Shown: one piece after another, positions 31,933 through 41,247 of the stretch
Layout of the letters: every line of letters starts with the position of its first letter
Position numbering within the stretch: the first letter of the stretch is position 1
DNA from: an uncultured Pelagibacteraceae bacterium
GTDB lineage: Bacteria > Pseudomonadota > Alphaproteobacteria > Pelagibacterales > Pelagibacteraceae
DNA length: 64,000 nt
Reading direction: 5' to 3'
NCBI GenBank assembly: GCA_902570425.1
Contig: CACFYB010000003.1
Location: forward strand, 82,134 to 146,133
The notes under the pieces: generated by a model
Told to the model about the DNA's origin: nothing
The model's database searches: none
What the model saw: only the letters and a program-made list of their open reading frames with translations
Made by a program: the position numbers and the translations under genes

Positions 31933-33390
31933 ATGGATAAAATAGTAATTTACGATTATGAAACGACAAATAGCACTAATTGGGGATCAATAATTGAAGT
32001 TGGGGCAGTTGTAGTTGATAAAGATTTAAAAGAAATTGGTAGATTGAATATTAGAGGCAGAATGCCTGAGGGAGAAGTCCCAAGTGCAAAAGCATTACTT
32101 GTTAACTCAACAAGTATTGATCTTTTAACAAAGGGTAATTATTCTCATTATGATTTTTTAGGAGCTCTTGAAAATTTCTTTTTAAAAGCAGGACCATGCA
32201 TGTTTATAGGTTGGAATAATACAAATTTTGACAGATTCATGACTCAGCATAATTTTTTTAAAGGAAATCGATATCCTTACATTACTCACTCTTCACCCAA
32301 TAGCGAACATGATGGTATACACATAGCTAGAGCTGCACAACTTTTAAATCCCAAAACTTTGAAAACAGGATTAACAGAAAAGGGTAATCCTTCATTTGCT
32401 TTGGAGTCACTTGCAACAGCCCAAGGATTTGATACTACGCAACAACATACTGGATTTCATGATGCTTATACAAGTTGTGAAATTCTTAGAATTGTAAAAA
32501 ACAAACATGAAGAAAATTGGGAAAAATTTTTGATAACCGCAACGAAAGCTGGCTGTGAAACCCATTTGAAGAAAGAGGAAATATTCACAATAAATGAAAT
32601 TATACAAGGAAGGGATTTTCCTTATCTTGTGGGTAATTTGCATCCAAATCATAATTCTCATCTTTTTCATAAAAAATCGAATGATAGGTTTGTTTATGAC
32701 TTAAGAAATGATCCTAAGCCTTTATTAAATCTGACAATTAACCAATTAAGATCTATTTTTAGCAAAACTTCTCCAAAAATAATTCGAGTGTTGAAAATCA
32801 ACAAAGCACCAGTATTTTTAGACAAAAAATGTGCGCTGGAATTTAAATATCCAAAAGGAAATCCTTACAATAAACTTGGGACTGATGTGATACAAAAAAG
32901 AGCCAGAATGGTCAGAGAAAGTGAAAAGTTTTGTCAAAATGTCCAAACAATCTACAGAGAAATTGAGGAAGAAAAAGAACAAACCAAAACTCAAGAAAAT
33001 TTATTACCTGAAGAAACTTTATATGAAAAATTTATACCCAACAAAGATACAGCTCTTTTTAAAATATGGCATAGCTCTTCATGGGAGGATAAATTAAGAA
33101 TGTTAGATAAATTTCAAGACAAAAGATGTAGTTGGTTTGGTCAAAAAATTATCTATCAAGAAGCTCCTCAAATTTTACCACCAGATTTATATAAGAATAT
33201 TAAAAGTGAGATTGCTAGAAGAATTTTGAGTAAGAATAAGGAAAATTGGCAAACTATAGGAATGGCATATAATGAAATTGATACCCTTAGAAATCAAGCA
33301 GACAATAACGATGATGAGATGGAGTTAAAAAAATTGGATGAAATAAATGAATTTGTTATGTCAATTGAGAAAAAATATGAAATTGCGTAG
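31933..33390 (+). CDS. sbcB: Exonuclease I (SbcB)-like DEDDh 3'-5' ssDNA exonuclease
   Basis: YDYET (ExoI), GWNNTNFD (ExoII), H-G-HDA (ExoIII), LKINKAP, EETLYEKF, F.DKR; length typical of ExoI. Confidence 0.8.
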   Translation: MDKIVIYDYETTNSTNWGSIIEVGAVVVDKDLKEIGRLNIRGRMPEGEVPSAKALLVNSTSIDLLTKGNYSHYDFLGALENFFLKAGPCMFIGWNNTNFDRFMTQHNFFKGNRYPYITHSSPNSEHDGIHIARAAQLLNPKTLKTGLTEKGNPSFALESLATAQGFDTTQQHTGFHDAYTSCEILRIVKNKHEENWEKFLITATKAGCETHLKKEEIFTINEIIQGRDFPYLVGNLHPNHNSHLFHKKSNDRFVYDLRNDPKPLLNLTINQLRSIFSKTSPKIIRVLKINKAPVFLDKKCALEFKYPKGNPYNKLGTDVIQKRARMVRESEKFCQNVQTIYREIEEEKEQTKTQENLLPEETLYEKFIPNKDTALFKIWHSSSWEDKLRMLDKFQDKRCSWFGQKIIYQEAPQILPPDLYKNIKSEIARRILSKNKENWQTIGMAYNEIDTLRNQADNNDDEMELKKLDEINEFVMSIEKKYEIA

Positions 33391-33424
33391 TTGACTTTAA
33401 AATACATATTTATAAAAGATAATT

Positions 33425-33742
33425 ATGCTTATAGATTTTAGAGATGATGACTTTGAAAGCAAAGTAAAAAATGAGGATGTTTCAGTAATTCAATTCAGTG
33501 CTGCTTGGTGTGGTCCTTGTAAAGCCTTAAAGCCAATAATGGATAAGTTAGCTGATGAATACAAAGATAAAGCAGGTTTTTATTATGCAGACATTGAGGA
33601 TGGTGGAATAAATACTGGAAGTGCAGCAGGAATTAGAGGCGTGCCAACAGTAATTATTTATAAAAAAGGTGTTGAGGTAGACAGAAAAGTTGGTGGAGTT
33701 CCAGAGAGTAATATGAAAGAATTTCTAGAAAAAAATATCTAA
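33425..33742 (+). CDS. trxA: Thioredoxin
   Basis: WCGPC, GIRGVPT. Confidence 0.96.
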   Translation: MLIDFRDDDFESKVKNEDVSVIQFSAAWCGPCKALKPIMDKLADEYKDKAGFYYADIEDGGINTGSAAGIRGVPTVIIYKKGVEVDRKVGGVPESNMKEFLEKNI

Positions 33743-35004
33743 TTTAAATTTAACATTTCACCTGCCAAATATAAAGATCCAGTTATTACCACTAAATCAT
33801 TTTCTTTTAATGGCAACGACTCAATTGCCTGCACGATGTCTTTTTTATATTGGACATTTTGGTTACCTTTAAATTTTTCTTTTAATTTTTTTCCACTTAT
33901 AGAATTAGATTGTCCAGGGATATCAATAGTTGTTAAAGAGGTAATATCTTTAAAATAACTTATATATTTTTCATGGTCTTTATTAGCCATCATTCCCAAA
34001 ATAATATGTTTTTTACAATTTAAAGTTTGAAGATACTCATTTAAGACTCTTGCACCATCCTCATTATGACTTCCATCTATAATTAATTGATTGTTTTTAA
34101 GTAATGCTTTTAATTTCCCAGATTTTATTTCTTGAAGTCTAGCAACACTTTTAATTTTTGTTACCCCATTTTTAATATCTTCATCTTTGATATTAAAATC
34201 TAACAATCTTAGTGTTGCTATTGCAGTTGATATATTTTCTAACTGAAATTGTCCTAAAATATTTGGAGTTGGGAGCTTTAACCCACCAAATTTGTCTTCG
34301 TAATAAAAGAAACCATTTTCTCCCTTAGAATAACTAAAATCTTCATTAAAATAAAATTTTTTGGAAGAGTTTTTAAAAAGTGTTTTTTTAATACAATCGG
34401 TTGTATTTATTGAGTTTTGTTTAGATACAATTATATTTGAATTTAAAAGTGACGAAGTTTTTTCAAATACAATTTTTTCGATTGTTTGTTGATCTTTTGG
34501 TAACCAATCAAGATGATCTTTACTTATTGAACACACAATACTCGCCAAATTACTCTTAAGAATATTTGTTGCATCAAATCTATGAAATAAACCTGCTTCA
34601 ATTATATTTATATTATTAGGGTATTTTGATGCTTGATAAAAAAAACAAGCTGATAATATTTCAAAAAATGTAATCTGTTGGTTATCGTTAATTTTTTCGA
34701 CTTTTTCAAAAAGATTGGCTAATTTTTCATCATCTAGTTCTTGATTATTAAAAATAAACCTTTCATTAATTTTTTGAATATGAGGACTTGAGTAGATATT
34801 ACATTTTATTTTTGCCTCTTTTAAAATTGAAAAAATTACATTTATTGTAGATTGTTTGCCATTTGTCCCCACTACAGATATTGCTTTAATTTGATCTTGA
34901 GGATTACCTAATTTTTTACAAAGGTTTTTTATACGATCTAAACTAAGATCTATTTCTTTAGGATGCAGCTTTTGTAAGCGATTGACTATCTTCTGAAGTT
35001 TCAT
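33739..35004 (-). CDS. folC: Folylpolyglutamate/dihydrofolate synthase
   Basis: HPKEIDLSL, GTNGK, SPH, EAGL--RFDATN, DGSHN, GSLYLAG. Confidence 0.95.
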   Translation of the reverse strand: MKLQKIVNRLQKLHPKEIDLSLDRIKNLCKKLGNPQDQIKAISVVGTNGKQSTINVIFSILKEAKIKCNIYSSPHIQKINERFIFNNQELDDEKLANLFEKVEKINDNQQITFFEILSACFFYQASKYPNNINIIEAGLFHRFDATNILKSNLASIVCSISKDHLDWLPKDQQTIEKIVFEKTSSLLNSNIIVSKQNSINTTDCIKKTLFKNSSKKFYFNEDFSYSKGENGFFYYEDKFGGLKLPTPNILGQFQLENISTAIATLRLLDFNIKDEDIKNGVTKIKSVARLQEIKSGKLKALLKNNQLIIDGSHNEDGARVLNEYLQTLNCKKHIILGMMANKDHEKYISYFKDITSLTTIDIPGQSNSISGKKLKEKFKGNQNVQYKKDIVQAIESLPLKENDLVVITGSLYLAGEMLNLN

Positions 35005-35890
35005 TATTTTCAGAACTTATAACAGAATTTTTCTTTAACAATATCGATAATATAATTCCTATTTTTTCACTGAGATCTTTTCTGTCTACAATTAGGTCAA
35101 CAAAACCTGTTTTCTCTACATGTCGACTTTTCTGAAATCCCTCAGGAAGATCTTCCTTCACTGTTCCTTGTATCACTCTAGCACCTGCGAAAGCTATTAA
35201 GCAATGATCTGACTCAGCAATTTCAAGGTCACCTAACATTGCATAAGAAGCTGTAATACCTCCAGCTGTAGGATCTGTTAAAACAACAATATAAGGTAGA
35301 TTTTTACTTTTAAGTTCATTAATTGCTAATGTTGTTCTAGTCATCTGTGATAATGAAATTAAGCTTTCCATCATTCGCATGCCTCCGCCAGAACTAAAAC
35401 ACACAAATGGGGTTTCATTTTCAATAGCATGTTGAATACCATACAAAAAAGCCTCACCCTCAGCTGATGCCATTGAGGCGCCTAAAAAATTAAAGTCAGA
35501 TGCTACTGCTGTTATTTTAACGTTTTTTACTGAACCACTGACAACCATCATTCCGCAATTCATACCAGTTTTTTTTCTAGCAGCTTTTAATCTATCTTTA
35601 TATGACTTTGAGTCTGTCCAGTTTAATGGATCATCTTTTGGAATTGGTGTTTTAAATATCTCGTATTTATTTTTTCCAAAAAAAATATCAAATCTTTGTT
35701 TAGGATTTATTCGATGGTGTTTATTACAATCAGGACAAACCCAAAGGTTTTCCTCTAAATCTTTTTTAAGAATTGGACCTTTGCAACAAGAAGTCCAATC
35801 GCTATTTGCAATATCTTCTTTTGTAGCTCTTTTGTGAATAGCAGATTTAATTTTTTCACCTGCTTTGATAATTTTTGTTATCCAATTCAT
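34958..35890 (-). CDS. accD: Acetyl-CoA carboxylase carboxyltransferase beta
   Basis: DPLNW-D, FLGASM, SGGMRMME, SLSQM, PTAGGITAS, FAGARVI. Confidence 0.95.
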   Translation of the reverse strand: MNWITKIIKAGEKIKSAIHKRATKEDIANSDWTSCCKGPILKKDLEENLWVCPDCNKHHRINPKQRFDIFFGKNKYEIFKTPIPKDDPLNWTDSKSYKDRLKAARKKTGMNCGMMVVSGSVKNVKITAVASDFNFLGASMASAEGEAFLYGIQHAIENETPFVCFSSGGGMRMMESLISLSQMTRTTLAINELKSKNLPYIVVLTDPTAGGITASYAMLGDLEIAESDHCLIAFAGARVIQGTVKEDLPEGFQKSRHVEKTGFVDLIVDRKDLSEKIGIILSILLKKNSVISSENNETSEDSQSLTKAAS

Positions 35891-36690
35891 TTAATTTTAT
35901 TTTTTAATCTTTTCACTACATTAGTAACATTTGTGACAGCATTTTGTCTTTTTTTTATTGAATTAGTTATTTCCTTACAAATTGCACTTCCAACAACTAA
36001 ACCATCAGCTTTTTTAAGCAAATTTATAGTTTTTTCTGTGATACCGAACCCAATCACTACATTTTTTGATTTATTTAATTTTTTGATTATCGAATATTCT
36101 TTAAGAATCTTTTTTGGGGAAACTTTAAGCTTCCCTCCAGTGGTAGATAGCATACTTATGTAATAAATCATATCGTGAGAACTTTTGATTATCTGATTCA
36201 TACGTATTTTTGATGTTGTAGGTGAAATAAGTTGAATAAAATTTATATTATTTTTTTTACATTTTAGAGCAAATTTTTTATTTTCAGGGAAAGGCAAATC
36301 AACAACAATTAACCCATCTACTTTTGACTTTTGACATTTTTTAATGAATTTATTTTCTTTATATTGATAAATCATATTGTAATAACCCATTAAGATAATT
36401 GGCTTATCCTTTTTTGATTTTTTGAATTGATTTACGATAGAAAATATATCATTAATTTTAATACCATTTTTGATTGCCCTATAAGCACTAGTTTGTATCT
36501 GACCACCATCAGCAATCGGTGTATTATGTGGGAAACCTAACTCACAAATATCAGCATATTTAGAAATTGATTTTAAAATTTCTAATGATTTTTTTTTTGT
36601 ATTATCTCCTGCAACTGTATAAGTTAAAAGAGCTGGTCTATTTTCCCTCTTTGCAATTTTAAATGCCTGATTAATCAAAGAGTCATTCAT
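35887..36690 (-). CDS. trpA: Tryptophan synthase alpha
   Basis: ELGFP-ADGGQIQ, MGYYN, VDLP, GFGI, DGLVVGSA. Confidence 0.95.
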   Translation of the reverse strand: MNDSLINQAFKIAKRENRPALLTYTVAGDNTKKKSLEILKSISKYADICELGFPHNTPIADGGQIQTSAYRAIKNGIKINDIFSIVNQFKKSKKDKPIILMGYYNMIYQYKENKFIKKCQKSKVDGLIVVDLPFPENKKFALKCKKNNINFIQLISPTTSKIRMNQIIKSSHDMIYYISMLSTTGGKLKVSPKKILKEYSIIKKLNKSKNVVIGFGITEKTINLLKKADGLVVGSAICKEITNSIKKRQNAVTNVTNVVKRLKNKIK

Positions 36691-37919
36691 TAATATTTTC
36701 CTAATCTTTGTTTTAAAATGTCTCTATCTTTTTTTGCATCTCCACAGGAATTTACAATACAAATTGTGTCTTTGCTAAGCTTGGGAGCAATCTTAATTAC
36801 TTCAGCGAATGCGTGGCTTGGTTCTAAACTAGGATTTAATTTTTCATATTTAGTAACCAATTTGTATGCACCAAGAGCCTCTTCATCAGTAGCATATGTA
36901 TACCTTGCTCTTTTTGTATCTTTTAAAAAACAATGAATTGGACTGACTCCTGGATAATCTAAACCAGCACTAATTGACTCTGTTTCATGAATTTGACCCT
37001 CATTATTTTGACAAACATATGAGGCAGCTCCGTGTAAAATTCCAATTTTAGCATTCCTACTCAAAGGTGCCGCATGTAATTTTGATTTTTTTGGTCCTCC
37101 TGCTTCAACACCAATTAATTCAATTTGCTCCTTATCATAATCTATAAACTCACTCCAAAAACCATATGCTGAACTACCGCCACCAACACAATTTATAAGT
37201 TTAATTTTTTCAGGCATAACATTAAATTTTTCTTTTAATTGCAATTTAAGTTCCCTTGAGATTTGTGAAGTGCTCCACCCACAAATTTTGACAAAAATGT
37301 TAGGACCCACTGTAGAACCTACACACATGTGAGTATTATCACAGTTTGAAACCCAATATCTCATACATTCACTCACAGCATCAACCAAAGTTTGACTTCC
37401 AGAATAAACAGGCACAATTTCAGCTCCATTTTTTTTAATTGCATCACAATTAGGTTTTTGCCTTTTTATATCTTTTGCACCCATAAAAATTTTACATTTA
37501 AGGCCAAATTTTTTTGCTGCCATACTCAACATTTTACCCGCATATCCAGCCCCGGTATCTCCTACAATATATTTTTTTCCCATAGTTTTACATATCAAAG
37601 CATGTACAGTAGCATTATAAATTTTATGAGCACCACCATTTGCTTCCGACACTACTTTTGCCCAAATTTGAGCTCCACCTAAGTGATCGGATAATTTTTC
37701 TAATTTTATGAATGATGTGGGAGAACCAATATAATTTTTAAAATAAAAATCTCTTTTTTTTAAGAACTTTTTATCTTTTCTTAATTTTTCAAATTTATTG
37801 GTTAAATCTTCTACTGGTTTTTTTAGAGTTTCAGGAATGTAGCTTCCACCAAACTTTCCACCCCAAAATCCATATTTGTCGTGCTGATCAATTAAAGGAA
37901 TATTTTTTTTAAGTTTCAT
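36690..37919 (-). CDS. trpB: Tryptophan synthase beta (divergent)
   Basis: FGGSYIPETL, GAHK (PLP Lys), CVGGGS, SISAGLDYPG, LEPSHA; between trpF and trpA. Confidence 0.92.
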   Translation of the reverse strand: MKLKKNIPLIDQHDKYGFWGGKFGGSYIPETLKKPVEDLTNKFEKLRKDKKFLKKRDFYFKNYIGSPTSFIKLEKLSDHLGGAQIWAKVVSEANGGAHKIYNATVHALICKTMGKKYIVGDTGAGYAGKMLSMAAKKFGLKCKIFMGAKDIKRQKPNCDAIKKNGAEIVPVYSGSQTLVDAVSECMRYWVSNCDNTHMCVGSTVGPNIFVKICGWSTSQISRELKLQLKEKFNVMPEKIKLINCVGGGSSAYGFWSEFIDYDKEQIELIGVEAGGPKKSKLHAAPLSRNAKIGILHGAASYVCQNNEGQIHETESISAGLDYPGVSPIHCFLKDTKRARYTYATDEEALGAYKLVTKYEKLNPSLEPSHAFAEVIKIAPKLSKDTICIVNSCGDAKKDRDILKQRLGKY

Positions 37920-38538
37920 ATTGTAAATCTTTAATTTTTTTTAAGAAAATTTCTATTTTGGAAATATCTTTTAATCCAGCAGTTTCTAGTCCACCAGATA
38001 TATCTATAATATCTGCTATTTTCTTGTAATTTTCAAGATCATCATCAATTTGTATATTTCCTGCAATCATTATCTCCTTTTCAATATTCAAATTTTTAAT
38101 TAAATTGTGATCAAATGACATACTGTTCTCATAACCTTTACTATCAAACAAAAAAATATCAGTTGAGCCAGAATAAAGCTTATATTTATCTATATCATTC
38201 ATATTTGATACTGTTATTGCAGTGATAATTTTTCGCCTATATTTGTTTTTAATAAATTTAATTTTGATAGGATCGCAATCATAAAGTTGATAATAGTCAA
38301 ACGGTAAATCTTTAATATCTTCTAGTATATTTTGATCAGGATTAACAAGAACAGCTACATATAAAGAATTTTTTTTTTTTATTTTTAATAATTCTTTTAA
38401 TTTTTCTAAATTAACATATCTTTTTGACTTTGGATAATTAACAATAAATCCTATGAATTGTGGGGAGTAAGAATGATTAACGATAAAGTTTAATGTTTTA
38501 GTATCTGAAATTCCACATATTTTAGATTTAAGGATCAT
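37909..38538 (-). CDS. trpF: Phosphoribosylanthranilate isomerase
   Basis: KICGI, GFI-YPKSKR, LFDS, AGNI, DISGGLE. Confidence 0.92.
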   Translation of the reverse strand: MILKSKICGISDTKTLNFIVNHSYSPQFIGFIVNYPKSKRYVNLEKLKELLKIKKKNSLYVAVLVNPDQNILEDIKDLPFDYYQLYDCDPIKIKFIKNKYRRKIITAITVSNMNDIDKYKLYSGSTDIFLFDSKGYENSMSFDHNLIKNLNIEKEIMIAGNIQIDDDLENYKKIADIIDISGGLETAGLKDISKIEIFLKKIKDLQYET

Positions 38539-39212
38539 TGACTTAAATGATCAATTAATGATTTCATATTTTTTTTGATATTACCTTTAGTTATAGGTCT
38601 CCCTACAACAAGCCAATCACTACCATTTTTGTACGCTTCTTTTGGAGTTAAAATTCTTTTTTGATCATTAGTTTTTAAATTAAATCTAATACCTGGGGTA
38701 ATTATTTCTTTTTTAAATATTTTTTTAATCATTTTTACTTCTTGTGCACTACAAACAATAGCATCTAATTTTGCTCTATTTGCTAATCTTGCCTGGTGCA
38801 AAACTAACCTCTTTACATTCTTATTAAATCCAATTTCCTTTAAGGCTTGATTGTCTAAAGAAGTTAAAATAGTAACACCTATTAATTTTATTTTTCCTGA
38901 AACTTTTTTAGCTGCTTTAAGCGCCTCCAAGCCAGAACTTATATGAATTGTTAAATAATCAACATTTAAATCCTTAATTGCTTTTACAGCAGATGCACAA
39001 GTATTAGGTATATCGTGTAATTTTAGATCAGCAAAAATAATTTTGTTTCTTAATTTTGATACAAAATCACGTCCATTTTTTGAATTAAATACTTCTAGTC
39101 CAAATTTATAACCTATCTTTAATTTTTTATTATTTGTTTTATTTATAATTTTTTTTATTTTTGAAATATTGGTGCTATCGCAAGCAACAAATATTTTATT
39201 CTTTTTCATCAT
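38535..39212 (-). CDS. pyrF: Orotidine-5'-phosphate decarboxylase
   Basis: DLKLHDIPNT, VTILTS, TPGIR, DQKR, VVGRPI. Confidence 0.97.
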   Translation of the reverse strand: MMKKNKIFVACDSTNISKIKKIINKTNNKKLKIGYKFGLEVFNSKNGRDFVSKLRNKIIFADLKLHDIPNTCASAVKAIKDLNVDYLTIHISSGLEALKAAKKVSGKIKLIGVTILTSLDNQALKEIGFNKNVKRLVLHQARLANRAKLDAIVCSAQEVKMIKKIFKKEIITPGIRFNLKTNDQKRILTPKEAYKNGSDWLVVGRPITKGNIKKNMKSLIDHLSQ

Positions 39213-39486
39213 TTAATTTTTTAAACAAATCTTTAGCCATTTTGAAGTGAATTGTTCGTTTCTCAGGAACATTAATTTTTTCAGCTGTTTTCGGATTTCT
39301 TCTTATAGATTGTTTTTGAATACGTGAAGAAAATACACCAAATCCTCTTAGCTCAACACGTTCAGATCTTTTCAAAGAGTTTTTGATTTCACTTAGAATC
39401 AATGTTACCATTTTTTCTAAATCTTTATTGAGGAAATTTGGATATGATTTTTTAAGTTGTTTTATTAGATTAGATTTTACAGCCAA
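39196..39486 (-). CDS. ihfB: Integration host factor beta (HU/IHF family)
   Basis: RVELRGFGVF, RNPKT; downstream of rpsA. Confidence 0.9.
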   Translation of the reverse strand: MAVKSNLIKQLKKSYPNFLNKDLEKMVTLILSEIKNSLKRSERVELRGFGVFSSRIQKQSIRRNPKTAEKINVPEKRTIHFKMAKDLFKKLNDEKE

Positions 39487-39501
39487 TTTAATCTTCTTCT
39501 T

Positions 39502-41247
39502 TTATTTTTTTTCTTTATCTTTTTTCTTTAGGTCCTCTGATAGTGATGAGAATGGTAATTGTTTACCTGAACCTTCTTCAGCTCCATATTTTTCAAGTGC
39601 TTCTTTTTTTTCAATTTCTTCTAAAAGTTTAATTGATAAAACTATTTTTCTTCTTCCTAAATCTTTTTCAGCAATACATACATCAACTGACTCCCCACCA
39701 GTCCAACGTTCAGGTCTTGCATCGCTTGCATTCATAGCTATTGATGATTTTTTTATAGTAAATTCCATTTCACAGCCGACTGGTTTTACTAGCAACCCTT
39801 TCTTTTTGTCAGTCGAAATTACTTTGCATGTAATTCTATCATTAATATTTTTATCATTGAAAAACTCTATAGGATCAGGACCTGACGCTTCTCTTAAGCC
39901 TACTCTAATTTTTTGTTCGTCAATTTTTGCTTCTAATATCTTAACTTTAATCTTATCACCAACTTTATATTTCTTTAGTTCTTCTTCACTATCATTTAAA
40001 TAAGTTAAATTATTTTGATGCAAAAAAGCCTCAAGATCTAAATCAGCAATTTTTACAAATAAAGAATATTCGTTTTTTGAAACTACTTTTGAGTCAACTA
40101 TGTCACCGACTTTATATTTTTTTTCAAAAGTCTCAAAAGGATTCTCTAGAGTCATTTTATAACTTACCGCCACTCTTTTTTGCTCTTTATCAATTTCTTT
40201 TATAACAACAGATATTTCTTGCCCAACTGAAAACATTTTCTTAGGCGAAGGATTTTTCTTAGTCCAGGAAAGTTCAGACTGGTGTAATAATACAGTTAAG
40301 CCATCTTCTAAATTTCCAAATGCTCCAAAATCTGCAATTTTAATTATTTTGATTTTATAGGTTTTTCCAATTTCATATTTATCAATATTATCAAATGGAT
40401 TAGGCCCCATTTGCTTTAAGCTTGTACCAAGCTGTAATTTTGTAAGATCTATTGAAATAACTTTAAGTTCTTTACGATCTCCAATTGATAATATTTCATC
40501 AGGATGGTTTACCCTTGAATAACTTAGTTCAGATGTATGACACAATACATCCAATCCATTGTCCAATCTAAAGAAAGCACCAAAACTTGAGAAACCTTTT
40601 GTTTCGCCCGAAACAACATCACCAATTTTATAACCTTCAATTATTTTCTTTTTGTCAGCTTCTTTAAAAGAAGAAATAATATGTTTTCTTGATACAACAA
40701 CATTTCCTCTCTGCATATCTAATTTTACAATAGCGAATTTTTGAGGCTCACCAATAAGGTGGTCAAAATTTTTTAAAGGTGTGTCTGAAATCATACTGCC
40801 AGGAAGAAATGCGAGAAGATTTAATTCATCTATAGAAACTTCAGCTCCTCCCTTACACTTTCTCAAAATTCTTCCCATGACTGGTTCTTCTTTTTTATGC
40901 AATTCTACAATTTTATTCCATCCCTCTAATTTTAAGGCTTTTTCTGCAGAAACAATTATTTCACCAGTTTTAGGGTGCTCTAGTTTTTCTAATAAGACAG
41001 AAATTTTACTTCCTTCTTTAATTTTATCAAATAAACCAATTGATTTTAGTTGGTTAATATCTAGGATAGGTTCTTGTTTTAGCCCATCTGAACTTAAATA
41101 TACATAATTATTTGTAATTTTTGTAACTTTACATTCGATTATGTTTCCTTCCTCTAAATTTTTATTTTTTGAAAATTGAGTTTTAAGTAAGCTTTTAAAT
41201 TCCTCAGCAGCTGGGCTTGAATTTTGAGAATATATTTCTAGTTCCAT
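39502..41247 (-). CDS. rpsA: 30S ribosomal protein S1
   Basis: Six S1 repeats (AFLPGS, FGAF, LHQSELSW); after cmk. Confidence 0.95.
   Translation of the reverse strand: MELEIYSQNSSPAAEEFKSLLKTQFSKNKNLEEGNIIECKVTKITNNYVYLSSDGLKQEPILDINQLKSIGLFDKIKEGSKISVLLEKLEHPKTGEIIVSAEKALKLEGWNKIVELHKKEEPVMGRILRKCKGGAEVSIDELNLLAFLPGSMISDTPLKNFDHLIGEPQKFAIVKLDMQRGNVVVSRKHIISSFKEADKKKIIEGYKIGDVVSGETKGFSSFGAFFRLDNGLDVLCHTSELSYSRVNHPDEILSIGDRKELKVISIDLTKLQLGTSLKQMGPNPFDNIDKYEIGKTYKIKIIKIADFGAFGNLEDGLTVLLHQSELSWTKKNPSPKKMFSVGQEISVVIKEIDKEQKRVAVSYKMTLENPFETFEKKYKVGDIVDSKVVSKNEYSLFVKIADLDLEAFLHQNNLTYLNDSEEELKKYKVGDKIKVKILEAKIDEQKIRVGLREASGPDPIEFFNDKNINDRITCKVISTDKKKGLLVKPVGCEMEFTIKKSSIAMNASDARPERWTGGESVDVCIAEKDLGRRKIVLSIKLLEEIEKKEALEKYGAEEGSGKQLPFSSLSEDLKKKDKEKK

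Noticed and set aside
29954-33390. Prophage or integrative element interpretation of the nuclease block
   Set aside because: No integrase, structural genes or duplicated tRNA-His 3' end seen
39383-40003. 206-aa plus-strand ORF and the many other 60-150 aa antisense ORFs
   Set aside because: They are shadows of real genes on the opposite strand (Phe/Ser/Leu-rich mirror of Lys/Glu codons) with no motifs
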